Source of the DNA: the human T2T-CHM13v2.0 reference genome, Homo sapiens
Reading direction: 5' to 3' (one strand)
Assembly: GCF_009914755.1 (NCBI RefSeq)
Contig: NC_060929.1
Length of the DNA: 64,000 nucleotides
Part shown: positions 16,101 to 29,175 of the stretch, piece by piece
Numbering within the stretch: the stretch's first letter is position 1
Layout: every line of letters begins with the position of its first letter
Translations under genes and position numbers: made by a program
The notes under the pieces: model-generated
Database searches by the model: none
The model's input: only the letters and a program-made list of their open reading frames with translations
What the model was told of the DNA's origin: nothing

Positions 16101-17140
16101 CTATTTTTTATTTACTCTCTTGGTTGAAAGAGGAGGCAATCCCAAAAGCTTCTACTTGGCATTCTCTGATAGCTCTTACTCCACAGGCCAAAAATTCAAC
16201 TGGGGTTATTCCAACTGCTGAGTATTTCAATTTTACACTTGGGAATTGAAGAAATGACATTTGGGTGAACGTACTCTAAGAATTTACCCAAGACTCCATT
16301 GATTATTTGGCCCATGTATTCCCTGAACTTGAACAGGGACATGATAATGCTTCAGATCTCCAGGTATTGTCAGTTGAGACCCTATGTGCAACAGCTCTGA
16401 GAATATCTGGCATTCCTCTTTCTCCAGTGTATGGGCACCAATGTAAATACTCATAGATCCATTTGGGGAAATATCAGAGGAATCATACAGTAAATACATG
16501 ACATTGTAATACCACGTGTTCTCTGGGGGATCTAGCCATCACATCAGTTATTGGATTCTGTGTCAAAAAACTGACTCAGGTCTTGAAACTGGACAAGACA
16601 ATGTGACTTCCTTTTGGGGCAACCACCCTCAAATGCCTGCTCATCTGTCCTTGTCTTCTTTTTATTGTGTATGTTAAGTAACACACAAAATATCTGTCTA
16701 TTTTTGACCTAGGAGTACCATGTTCTATTAGCCACCAAACTGCCCTGTGGACAGCCTTCTTGGCTGTTCCTTGGACTTTGCCAATTCTTAAAATAATAGT
16801 AATCCCCTGGCTTTTAATGCTTAAATGATGACACATCAGCTCCATTTCTTCAGAGCCTCATCATTCCCATGAGCTTGTGAAGATACCAGCTTTGTGACTG
16901 CTACCCCTGAGAGTTATTCTAACAATAAGTTTTCCCTTTTCTCTGGGATCCTTGGCAGGGTGTTAAATCCCATGTGCAGATAAAATGCCCTTAAGTAAAT
17001 GAACTCTTGCTCATGCAGTCTTATGTTCCAGCTCTCTTGATCAAACATCCTCAAAATCCAATCCCATGACTCCCATCAGTACATGCTAACTAATCCTTGC
17101 AGCTTCCTCAATGTCTGCTGTAAGTATGCCCTTTACTCTG
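13140..17140 (-). mobile_element. ERVL (class III, HERV-L-related) internal region: decayed gag-pro-RT-IN-dUTPase
   Basis: Minus-strand peptides: gag WDWILRMFDQESWNIRL..EFI (~17000-17070) and WLIEHGTPRSKID; protease LLHIGSQLTIPGD; RT *IDDTML and RGWEIHLLKIQGP..KIKDKL; integrase C-terminal IHGSRNQG; ERVL dUTPase-like segment ~13260-13600. Many stops and frameshifts. Confidence 0.88.
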
Positions 17141-17649
17141 ATCCTCAAATTCACAAAGCATCTTTTATTTGCCCTCAATCCCATTAAGATCAAGCCCTAA
17201 CTCATATGCTTACAATAAAGAGCATAGCCATACATTTATGTTACAAAAGTGTTTAATTTTAATAAAACAATTTATATCTGTTCAGATTCTTTAGCGCAGG
17301 AAGTAGAAACTCCCATAGTTGTCCTTAGGTTTTGATTCACCTTAAGCTGAGTTTCCCTCAGAACCACAATATGGATGCCAGTGGCAACTGGGCCACTAGT
17401 TTAGAAGGGGACAGAGCAAGCATTTCTTTCCTCCAAGCAGAAATAAAATCTCTCCTCTCTGGTGTGATTGAGGCAATATGGCCCATACGCCACTGCTGGC
17501 ACTGGACCATAAGAGTCACTGGGGATACTGCAGCCTGATTGGCTCTGTCTTGACTAACTCATTAACCCCATTCATAATACATAGGAATTTTTGACTTCTG
17601 GTATATTTGCTTTTGTTATTTGTGATATTTTTGTTTTGTTTTATTTTGT

Positions 17650-17745
17650 TCTGTGCTGTTTTTACAGCTATAACCCCAGCACATAAAATAGTGCCTGGTC
17701 ATAATTGGTACACAGTAAGTATTTGTTGAACAAATGAATGAACTG
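17650..17745 (+). mobile_element. L2 3' end
   Basis: ccccagcacataaaatagtgcctgg...cagtaagtatttgttgaacaaatgaatgaa is the typical L2 terminus. Confidence 0.75.
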
Positions 17746-17907
17746 AGTAATTAGGATGACCTTCTGAAGGTGAGGATAGGGTGGATTTCTGAGCAGAATT
17801 GAGGAAACTATCAGGAAGGAGAAATACACTAGGCAATATCATCTCCCTCTCTATTTTAAAGCAGACATAGTGTAAGCAGTTCTCTCTCAAGCTGTGGGCT
17901 GCCACAT

Positions 17908-18421
17908 TGTGATGGTTAATTTTTTTGTGTGTCAACATAACTGGGCTAAGGGATGCCCATCTAGCTGGTCAAGCATCATTTCTATGTATGCCTGTCAGGG
18001 TGTTTCCAGATGAAATTGGCATTTGAATTAGTAGACTGAATAAAGAAGATTGCTTCACCAATGTGGGCAGGTATCATCCAATCCTTTAATGCCTCAAATA
18101 GAACAAAAAGGCAGATGAAGAGTGAATTCACTTTCTCTTCCTGAAATGGGACATCCATCTTCTCCTGCCCTTGGGCAATGGAGCTCCTAGTTCTCCAGCC
18201 TTTGGACTTTGACTTGGACTTATACCAATGGTTTCCCTTATCCTCAGCCCTTTGTACTTGAACTGAATTACACACTAGCTTTCCTAATTCTTCAGCTTGC
18301 ACATGGCATATTGTAGGACTTACCAGCCTCCATAACTGCATGAGCCATTTCCCATAATAAATTTCCTGTTACATAACTATGTTACCCTAGTTCTGTTTCT
18401 TTGGAGACCCTGACTGAAACA
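17908..18421 (+). mobile_element. MLT2B-type ERVL solo LTR
   Basis: Starts tgtgatggttaattt...gtgtcaac..actgggctaagggatgccca; AATAAA near 18356; ends gaccctgactgaaaca; 5-bp TSD CACAT at 17903-17907 and 18422-18426. Confidence 0.93.
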
Positions 18422-21400
18422 CACATAAATATTTCAATAGAAGAAAACAACTTTCAATTGATATGTAGGATTAATCAAACAAATGCTCTTTGTCCCTGAA
18501 AGTGTGTTCGGCCTCAGTTTGGAAATGTTTACTTCTCTTGGTATTAATAAAAGTTAAGGCATTTTTCTCTATGTTAAAGAATAGTACTTTACAATGTTCT
18601 TAAGGAGATATTGTACTTTTAACACTACTATACACTCATATGTCTGATATTCAAAATAATCACTCTCAAGCAATATAATATCTAAAGTGAGAATTCAATA
18701 TCTTCTGCCATTAACAACATCATTAATAACAAATGTCTGTTTAATTACTCTTGCTAAGATTAAAAAGGCCATTATTCTTGTAACTTGAGAAATTCATTAG
18801 CTGGAAAAGGCTGCTTAATGCCAAATGCACTCCTTAAAGATGTAGTCCCCGATATTTGAAGGTATTTCTGACATTCATGCACTTGCATTACTTTAAAAAA
18901 GCACTATCCAACTGTGCTGAAGATCATGCTGTGACAATAAGCAAGCACTGTAACATTTCAAAATCAGAAATGAAGCTACAAGACATTTTACAATATCATA
19001 CAGAGTCTGTTCTTTGGAATATTTAAACTCCACACACTGAGCCTATTATTCATCATTCACCTCTCACTAATTCTGTGCTCAAATGAGTCTTGTACCAACA
19101 CAGTGCATCCTAAAGTACAGTTAATATTCATAAGCACCTCCTCCAAAGGGATTCAGAGCCATAACTTAAGATCTCTGCAAGTCAATTTTAAAGTCTGAGA
19201 CTTCAAGGAATTTAGACCCATTAAATGAAAATTACAAGATGGGATTTTAGAACAACATCATTCTTAATCCACTGTTTCAGCTCAATATATTTTTAGCACA
19301 GAAACCTACTTAACATTTAGTAAGAATTAGATCAGTGACAGTGTACTCACAGAAAGCAATTTAAATTGCTTCAATGATAATGGTTATATACCATGTGTTG
19401 CATCATTCTTTCACTCTTTTGCCACTGTAAACCATAAAGCAGAGTCATAAAACAAGCTATAATGAACGATTTCGCCTTGCTTCTGAAGTGCATCTACTCA
19501 CTGAACCTGATTGCATTTTGCGCTTTCATAGGTTAGGCTCTGAGAGATAAGATTTCAAAACCAGAGGGACAGAAAGAACTACAAAGTTCAAGCCAATGAA
19601 GGTGAATTACTATCTGGGAGAAAGTTGCTGCTCATAAAGAGGAAGTACGCGTCTTGCAATGAGAGAATGTTCTCCCTTTTTCCTTCCTTCCTCCAGTAAT
19701 ATAAATTGGTTACCTCCTGTGTTGGGAACTATGCTACAGCCTATCCAGAGTTTAATAAGACATGATGTCTACCATCCAGTAGCTCTTACCACCTGTTTGA
19801 GGCTGCTAAACCTGCTGACCGGTGGACCCAATCCTGTTGCAGGTGCTGTGCTGGATGTTTGTGCAGAATGTAGTAAGACACAAAAAGGGAGTGGGAGGTT
19901 CTTTAGAGGCAGTAAAGGCATATGAAAATCCATTTGAGCTTTGATGGATCTTGAAGGATAACTAGAGCCTTGGTCATTTCTCTTTACTTGTCTTTCATGT
20001 GATAGGGCAAGGTGGGTGAAAATAGTCTGTACCAGCCTCTAGCTTTAGTCAGTGAGCTTGACATCTGTTCCTTTCTCCTATGCATGTGACTACAGTTTTT
20101 CTAGTTTGGTCTATTTATTTGTTTGTCTCCATCTCTCTGGAGAGGCACTGGAAATGGGCTCATGGCTTCAGCACCATTTGCCACATTGCTTCTTGGGATG
20201 CTTACCTTTAGAAAAGGCAATGTCTTCTAAATTTTGTCTGATCAATTTTTATCTATCATTGCTCTCTGTTGGGATGCACTGGTGCTCAAAGTATAAACAT
20301 ACAAGGATGATAACCAAAAGCTAGAGGTTTAATTTTTCTTCATTTCTTGACATGAAAATGCAGTGCTTAACTGATTTTAAGTACTTGGGACGATTAAGTT
20401 CATTGATGGTGCTGTAACAATTTGTGATAGTCAAGTGAAAGTGACACATACTTGATTATGCAGAAAATAAGGACAGCTCACTCTAAGGGGAAATTCTCTG
20501 TTAAAATTAGCCATCAATAAATGAAGTGCTTTTCTACTTGCTAAATTCTCTGATAGTGAATGTGGGAAAATCAAAGTTCAATGTCATTAATTAAGAAAGT
20601 CGATAAATATATCTATTTTAGAAAGATTATTTTGATTACATGACCTGTTATCTCTAAGATTTTTATGATTTTATACAACATTATTGTTTTAGACAAAGCA
20701 ATAATCTTTTTGGTCTTTAAAAATTCGAAGACAGCAATATTCTGTTTGTTTTCATGAAGATAAAATGATGGTATCAAGAACAATTGCATTAAAGTTGGCA
20801 TGTTTTCTTATTTGGAACTTTTTACCAAATTAATACCTCCGAATTTTGATGAATAAAAGTATTGTGGGAACAAAACAAAAATACTAGATAGCATCCTCAT
20901 CTGCATCAATGACATTCTTGTCAACACATGCAGAGTGTCTTACTTGATAACATGAATTGCTCTTTGACCCTGGCTGGAGCTTAGTGTCTGAATTTAGCTG
21001 TGCTATCTGTTTCTGAAAGAAGTGAAAGAAATAACAGGTAGAGTTTTATCTAGGAAGACTCTTTAAGTGTTAGCATTCCGGTAGGGAAAAAGGCCAGGAT
21101 TCTATGGCTGTGGAATCCCTGGGGTTTTTAAAGATTGCAGAACAATCACAGTTAGTCCCCTAGGGCTGGAACACGGTCTGCATATTACAGTTCTGGTATC
21201 TGAGCAGTATCCCTGGCTCAGCTTGAGCCTTTAGATACCTAAGCCAGACTTCAGCTTGGCCCTGCCTTGTTCTACCTTATGTCATCATTTTTGAGGCTTC
21301 TGGTAAAGGAAATCACATATAATTTTTCACACAATGAAAACTTCATAAAATGCATTAAAATAATTCAAACATGCCACATGTTTCCTGGAGAACCTTTCTT

Positions 21401-21859
21401 TACTCTGCTACATCTTTACCACCCATAGCCCTTTGAGCTTGTTCCATGGAGTACAAAAGGATCTTCTTGCCAAACTCATTTGATCTTATCATCAGAAACA
21501 GCGTTTTAGTCTTCATGACTGGGGGTTTTATCATGCATGCTTTTTCTCATACACATATACAAACACATGCACATAGATATTCTAAACTTGAGTTTGCATT
21601 TCCATGGGAACTAAATAGACATTTATAGTACAGATAAAAATGAAAGGGGAAAGGCATTTTTTTCTTCTATAAAAGAATCATTTTTATTCTGTGAAACTCT
21701 ATTGGGAAATTTTAAAAGGTAAGACTGTAACTCCTTAAGTGGAAAAAAAAAGCCTGTTTTTGCTATGAACATTAAAATTCACACAAAATTGGTTGAAAGT
21801 CTAGCCTAGGATAGAAAATGTGTGTGTGTGCATATTAAGAGAAAGACATATATAGATAC

Positions 21860-21862
<3 letters not shown>

Positions 21863-21914
<52 letters not shown>

Positions 21915-21948
21915 TATACACACACACACACACACACGTATATATATA
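21863..21948. repeat. (TA)n/(CA)n microsatellite
   Basis: Seen directly. Confidence 0.97.
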
Positions 21949-22800
21949 ATTTTCCAAGTAATTTAATAATGGTATAGTTTTTAACTTTTAAAAATCCATG
22001 AGTATAAAATATATAAAATATTTTACATGGAAATTAATTTTCAGTGAAGGTGATTAGGCTTTAATTTCATGAAATAACACAAGGAACTGGCTTCACAAAT
22101 AGGACAGGAATTTCTCATTTGATAAATCAGTTTGAATTTGATTATTTGGTATGTGGGTTGAAAGATCTTGGAGAAAATTTTGACTCAGAGTCACAGCTTT
22201 GTATTCAAGATAAAGTAATAGTAAGAGGATAGAAAGAAACATTTGATTTCTAGTATAGTTCTATTGGAAAACCTTTTAAGCTACCTTAACGAGAAGAAGA
22301 GGTCATTTAATATGAGGATAAAGGAACTCAAGAATAGGAATACAGCTGAACTTCAGGAAGAAATACACTGAAATCCAGAGCCAAAGGGTCATACATAATT
22401 TGAGAACTCTTCTCTCCTAATCTCTTATTATCCACTCCTATTATTACCCAGATATATATTCTTGTTGTGATCTCGGTCTAGCCCAACCCTTTCTGCTTCC
22501 TAAGCCACTTAAAAAGATCCTTCAAGTTCCTGATTTTCTAAAAGAGCAGTTAGAGTGGAGCTAAAATGTATTATTAATAATACAAGTTTATATTTTCAGG
22601 TAAATACTGATTTCCTAGTTTGGGTAAAATATTTAACTTTGGACAAATCAAGTGTGGCAAGGTGAAAAGAATCACATTTTATGCACATTGTTGCCCTGTT
22701 ACTAGGTAGACTGAAGGGGAATAGCAGTCCTTAGAAAATGAGCAGGCAATAAGTTGAGCTACACTTACTGTGTACCAGGCAGATTTCAAAGACTATATGA

Positions 22801-25800
22801 AACCCTTCCTCCACCTGATGGTTTTTCTCTATCTTCCCTGGTAGCTGAAGACAAAAGACATAAACTCTTGAAAGCTCTATGGCACTGCCCATCACCTGAG
22901 AAACCCAGTACTTATCTTGGTCAATGTAGGGCAGGATTATATCCTCCTTCTGCTACTACAACTGATACTCTCACGAAGGCGCCATCTCCTGGCTGGAGGC
23001 CAACTAACTCAAGCCACTACAGTAACTCATAACAGAATAACTCTGCTCCAAAGAAGGAAAAAACAATAGCCAATTTCACCACCTTCAACACACTGACTAA
23101 CCAGAGGTCCTGAGTCTGTCCACATGACAACTTCATTGCTAGCATTTGAGAAAACCAGTGCACTAAACAAAACCACAACCAGTGCACTAAAGAAAACTTC
23201 AGCCAGTGCACTAAACAAAACTGCAACCAAGGATTCCCACAGAGTCCACTTCACTTGCCTGCCACCTCCATTGCAGCAGGTGCTGGTATCCATGGCTGGG
23301 AGACCTGAAGATGAATACCATCACAGGACCCTGCAAACACTCCCCAGCACCAGCCTGGAGCTTGGTAGCCCTGTTAGGTAGCTAGACCCAGAATGACAAT
23401 AACAATCACTGCAGTCTGGCTCTCAGGAAGCCCCATCACTAGGGCAAGGGAGAGAGTACCACATAAAGGAATCAATTCATGGACAAAAGAATCTGAACAG
23501 CAGCCCTTGAGTTCCAGAAATTTTCACCGAAACAGTCTACCCAAATGAGAACGAACTAGAATAGTAATTCTGGTAATATGACCAAACGAGATTCTATACA
23601 CCCCTAAAAGATCACACTAGCTCTTCAGCAATGGATCCAAACCAAGAAGAAATCTCTGAATTGGCAGAGAAAGAATTTAGAAGGTTGATTATTAAGCTAC
23701 TCAAGGAGGCACCAGGGAAAGGTGAAAATCAACTTAAAAATATTTTTTAAAAATACAAGATATGGATGGAAAACTCTCCAGATAAATAGATAGCATAAAG
23801 AAAACACAATCACTACTTCTGGAAAGGAAAGACACACTTAAGAGAAATGCAAAATACACTGGAAAGTTTCAACAACAGAATTGAGCAAGTAGAAGAAAGA
23901 ACTTCAGAGCTCAATGACAAGGCTTTCAAATTAACCCAGTTTGACAAAGACAAAAAAACTTTTTTTTAAATGAACAAGGCCTCCAAGAAATTTGGGATTA
24001 TGTTAAACAACCAAATATTAAGAATAATTGGTATTCCTGAGGAAGAAGAGAAATATAAATATTTGGAAAATTTATTCGAGGGAATAATCAAGAAAAACTG
24101 CCCTGGTCTTTCTAGAGATGTAGACATCCAAATACAAGAAGCTCAAACAACTCCTGGGAAATTCATCACAAAAAGATCAACACCTAGACACATAGTAATC
24201 AGGATATCTAAAGTCAAGATGAAGGAAAGAATATTAAGAGCTGTGAAGCAAAAGCATCAGGTAACCTAAAGGAAAATGATCAGATTAACAGCGGATTTCT
24301 CAGCAGACACCCTGCAAGCCAGAACGAATTGGGTTCCTATCTTTAGCCTCTTCAAACAAAATAATTGACAGCCAAGAATTTTGTATTCAGTGAAACTAAG
24401 CCTCATAAATGAAGTAGAGATAAGGTATTTTTTTAGACAAACAAATGCTGAGAGAATTTGCCACTATGAAGACAGCACTACAAGACATGCTAAAAGGAGT
24501 TCTAAACATCTTGAAACAAAACCTCAAAATACACCAAAATAAAACCTCCTTAAAGCATAAATCTCACAGGGCCTATAAAACAATAACACAATGAAAAAAA
24601 AGTATTCAGACAAACACCACCATGATGAATAAAACAGTACCTCACATCTCCACACTAATATGAATGTAAATGGCCTAAATGTTCCACTTAAAAAACACAG
24701 CATGGCAGAATGAATAAAAATCCACCAACCAAATATCTGCTGTCTTCAAGGGACTCACCTAACACATAAGTACTCACATTAATTTAAGGTGAAGGGATGG
24801 AAAAAGATATTTCAAACAAACAGAAACCAAAAGCAAGCAAGCATAGCTACACTTACATCAGACTAAACAGACTTCAAAGCAACAACACTTAAAAAGATAG
24901 TGACATTACATAATGACAAAAGGATTAGTCCAGCAGGAAAACATCACAATCCTAAATATATATGCACCTAACACTGGAGCTCCTAAATTTATAAAACAAT
25001 TACTACTAGACTAAAGAAATGAGATAGATGGCAACACAATAACACTGGGGACGACAATACTCCACTGACAGCACTAGACAGGTCATCAAGACAGAAAGTC
25101 AAAAAAGAAACAATGGACTTAAACTATACCTGAAAACAATGAACTTAAGAGATATTTACAGAATATTCTACCCAACAACTGCAGAATGCACATTCCTTTC
25201 ATCAGCACATGGGAACATTCTCCAAGATAGACCATTTAATAGCCCACATAAGTCCTGATAAATTTAACAAAATAAAAGTTTCAAGAAGTACTCTCCCAGC
25301 CCACAGTGGAATAAAATTGGAAATTAACTGCAAAAGGAACCCTCAAAACTATACAAAAACATAGAAATTAAATAATCTGCTCTTGAATGATCTTTGGGAA
25401 ACAAGGAAATCAAGATGGAAATTTAAAAATTATTTGAACTGAACAATAATAGTGGCACAACCTATCAAAACCTCTGGGATACAATAAAAGTGGTTCTATG
25501 AGGAAAGCTCAGAGCATTAAATGCCTGTATCAAAAAGTCTGAAAAAGCACAAATAAATAATCTAAGCTCATATCTCAAGGAACTAGAGAAACAGGAACAA
25601 ACCGAACCTGGACCCAGCAGAAGGAAAGAAATAAGAAAGATCAGAGCAGAGCTAAATGAAATTGAAACTATATATATATATATATGTATATATATTTATA
25701 TATGTGTGTATATATATATGATAAATGAAAAAAGCTGGTTCTTTGAAATAGTAAACAAAATTGATAGACCATTAGCAAGATTAACCAAGAAAAGAAAAGA

Positions 25801-28419
25801 TCCAAATAAGCTCAATTAGAAATGAAATGTGAGATAGTACCATCAACATCAAAGAAAACAAAAGATTATTGAAGGCTACTATGAAGATTATTATCCACAC
25901 AAACTAGAAAACCTAGAAGAGATGGATAAATTCCTGGAAATATACAACACTCCTAGATTAAACCAGGAAGAAATATTAACAGAAACTCTGAACAGACGAA
26001 TAACAAGCAGCAAGACTGAAACTGTAATAAAAACAAAATCCCAACAACAACAACAACAACAACAACAAAAATCCAGGGCCAGATAAATGTATAGCTGAAT
26101 TCTATCAGACATTCAAAGAAGAATCGGAAATTACTCCCAAAGATAGAGAAAGCGGGAATCTTCCCTAAATCATTCTATGAAGCCAGTATTATCCTAATTC
26201 CAAAACCAGGAAAGGACATAATAACAACAACAGCAACAACAAAAATACAGACCAATATCCCTGATTAACATGGATGCAAAAATTCTGAACAAAATTTTAA
26301 ATAACCAAATCCAATAGCATATCAAAGAGATAATCCACAATGACTAAGTGGGGTTTATACCAGGGATGTAAGGTTGGTTGGTTGAATATACAGAAACCAA
26401 TAAATGTGATACAGCACAATTAAAAACAAAAATCATATTATCATCTCAATAAATGCAGAAAAAGCATTTGTCAAAATCTAGCATCCCTTTATGATTAAAA
26501 CCACCAGCAATATCGGCATGGATAAACATAGCTTAAGGTAATAAAAGTCATCTATAACAAACCCACGGCCAACACTATACTGAATGAAAAGTTGAAAGCA
26601 TTTCTCCTGAGAACTTGAACAAGACAAGGATGTCCACCTTCACCACTTCTATTCAATATGGTACTGGAAGTCCTTCCTGGCCAGAGTAATCAGACAAGAG
26701 AAAGAAATAAAGGGCATTCAAATCAGTAAAGAGGAAGTCAAACTGTCACAGTTGGCCAATGATATAATGGCATACCTTTGAAAACCCTAAAGACTCATCC
26801 AAAAAGCTCCTAGATCTGATAAATGAATTCAGCAAGGTTTCAGGATACAAAATCGCTGCTGGCGTATAGCAGTGCTACACAAATCAGTGACCAAGTTGAG
26901 AATCAAATCTATAACTCAACCCTTTTTGCAACAAAGCAGCCAAGTCGAGAATCAAATCAATAATTCAACCTCTTTTACAACAGCTGAAAAAATAAAATAA
27001 AATACTTAGGAGTATACCTTAGCAAGGAGGTAAAATATCGCTACAAGGAAAACTACAAAACACTGCTGAAAGAAATCACTGATGACACTAACAAATGGAA
27101 ACACATCCCATGCTCATGGATGGGTAGAATCAATATTGTGAAAACGACCATACTACCAAAAACAATCTATAAATGTAATGCAATTTTCATGAAAATACTA
27201 TCATCATCTTTCACAAAACTGGAAAAAAAAATCCTAAAATTCACATAGAACAAAAAGAGCCCACATAGCCAAAGCAATACTAGGCAAAAAGAACAAATCT
27301 GGAGGTATCACGTTGCCTAACTTCAAACTATACTATAAGGCTACGGTTAACCAAAACAACATGGTACTGATCTAAAAACAAGCACATAGACCAATGGAAC
27401 AGAAGAGAGAACCCAGAAATAAAGCCAAATGCAACCAACTGATCTTTGACAAAGCAAACAGAAACATAAAGTGGGGAAAGGACACCCTTTTCAACAAATG
27501 GTGATGAGATAATTGGCAAGTCACATGTAGAAGAATGAAACTAGATCCTTATCTCTCACCTCCTACAAAAATCAACTCAAGATGGATCAAAGACTTAAAT
27601 CTAAGACCCAAAACCATAAAAATTCTAGAACATGACATTGGAAAAACTCTTTTTAGACATTAGCTTAGGCAAAGAGTTCATGACCAAGAACCCAAAAAAC
27701 AAATGCAACAGAAACAAAGATAAATAGATGACATTTCATTAAACTAAAAGGCTTCTGCACGGGAAAAAAAAATAATCAATAGAGTAAACAGACAATCCAC
27801 AGAATGGGAGAAAATATTTGCAAACTATGTATCTGACAAAGAACTAATATCCAGAGTCTACAAGGAACTCAAACAAATCAGTAAGAAAAAACAAATAATC
27901 CCAACAAAAAGTTGGCTAAGGACATGAACAGACAATTCTAAAAAGCAGATATACAAATGGACAACAAACATTAAAAAAAATGCCCAACATCACTAATTAT
28001 CAAGGAAATCCAAATCAAAACCACAATGAGGTAATACCTTACTCCTGCAAGAATGGCCATAATTTTAAAAATCAGAGAATAGACGTTGGCATGGATGTGG
28101 TGAAAAGGGAATACTTTTACACTGCTGGTGGGAATGTAAACTAGTACAACCACTATGGAACACAGTGTGAAGATTCCTTAAACAACTAAAAGTAGAACTA
28201 CTATTTGATTCAGCTATCCCACTACTGGCTATCTACCCATAGGAAAATAAGTCGTATGAAAAAGACATTTGCACACCCATGTTTACAGCAGCACAATTCG
28301 CAATTGCAGAGATATGGAAACAGCCTAAATATCCATCAACCAACAAGTAGATTCACAAAATGTTATATATATACATATATATATACATATATATATACAT
28401 ATATATATGTATGTATATG

Positions 28420-28454
<35 letters not shown>

Positions 28455-28820
28455 ATGGCATATTACTCAGCCATAAGATGGAACAAAATAATAGCATTTG
28501 CAGCAACTGAATGGAACTGGAAACCATTATTCTTAAGTGATGTAACTCAGGAATGGAAAAACCTAACATCGTATGTTCTCACTTATAAGTGGGAGCTAAG
28601 CTATGCAGATGAAAAGGCATAATAATGATATAATGGACTCTGGGGACTCAGGAAGGAGTGGTGGGAAGGTGGGAAGGGACAAAAGACGACACACTAGTTA
28701 CGATGTACATTGCTTGAGTGATGGGGGCACTACAATTTCAGAAATCACCACTGAAGAACTTATCCACGTAATCAAACACCACCTGTTACCCCAAAACTAT
28801 TGAAATAATAATAATTTTAA
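22801..28820 (+). mobile_element. Near-full-length L1PB (L1PBa-type 5'UTR, broken ORF1 from ~23545, broken ORF2 from ~24625)
   Basis: ORF1 peptide LRIIGIPEEEEK..LENLFEGII..IQIQEAQ..TPRHIVIR; ORF2 EN/RT DNA collinear with other L1s; 3' end caccacctgttaccccaaaactattgaaataa; 13-bp TSD AAAGACTATATGA at 22788-22800 and 28821-28833. Confidence 0.95.
28365..28452. repeat. (TA)n/(CA)n microsatellite expanded inside L1PB
   Basis: Seen directly; a similar (TA)n lies at 25669-25719 and a (CAA)n at 26042-26068. Confidence 0.95.
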
Positions 28821-28879
28821 AAAGACTATATGAGTGAGAAATATAACAGGAGCAATTGAAGTAAGATATGAGAGAATTG

Positions 28880-29175
28880 GGCCGGGCACAGTGGCTCACA
28901 CCTGTAATCCCAGCAGTTTGGGAGGCCGAGGCTGGCGGATAACAGCAAGAGATCGAGACCATCCTGGCCAACATGGTGAAACCCCGTCTCTACTAAAAGT
29001 ACAAAAATTAGCTGGGCATGGTGGCACGCATCTGTAATCCCAGCTACTCGGGAGGCTGAGGCAGGAAAAATCGCTTGAACCCAGGAAGTGGAGGTTGCAG
29101 TGAACCTAGATTGTGCCACTGCACCACTCCAGCCTGGCGATAGAGTGAGACACCATCTCAAAAAAAAAAAAAAAA
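28880..29175 (+). mobile_element. AluSc
   Basis: Diagnostic aagagatcgagaccatcctggccaacatgg and ctggcgatagag; TSD AAGAT(A/G)TGAGAGAATT at 28863-28878 and 29174-29189. Confidence 0.94.

Noticed and set aside
17908-18421. MLT2B as the 5' LTR of the adjacent ERVL
   Set aside because: Opposite orientation and flanked by its own 5-bp TSD.
23153-23224. CRISPR-like repeat/spacer array
   Set aside because: Head-to-tail 24-bp tandem with no unique spacers, inside a primate L1; no cas genes.
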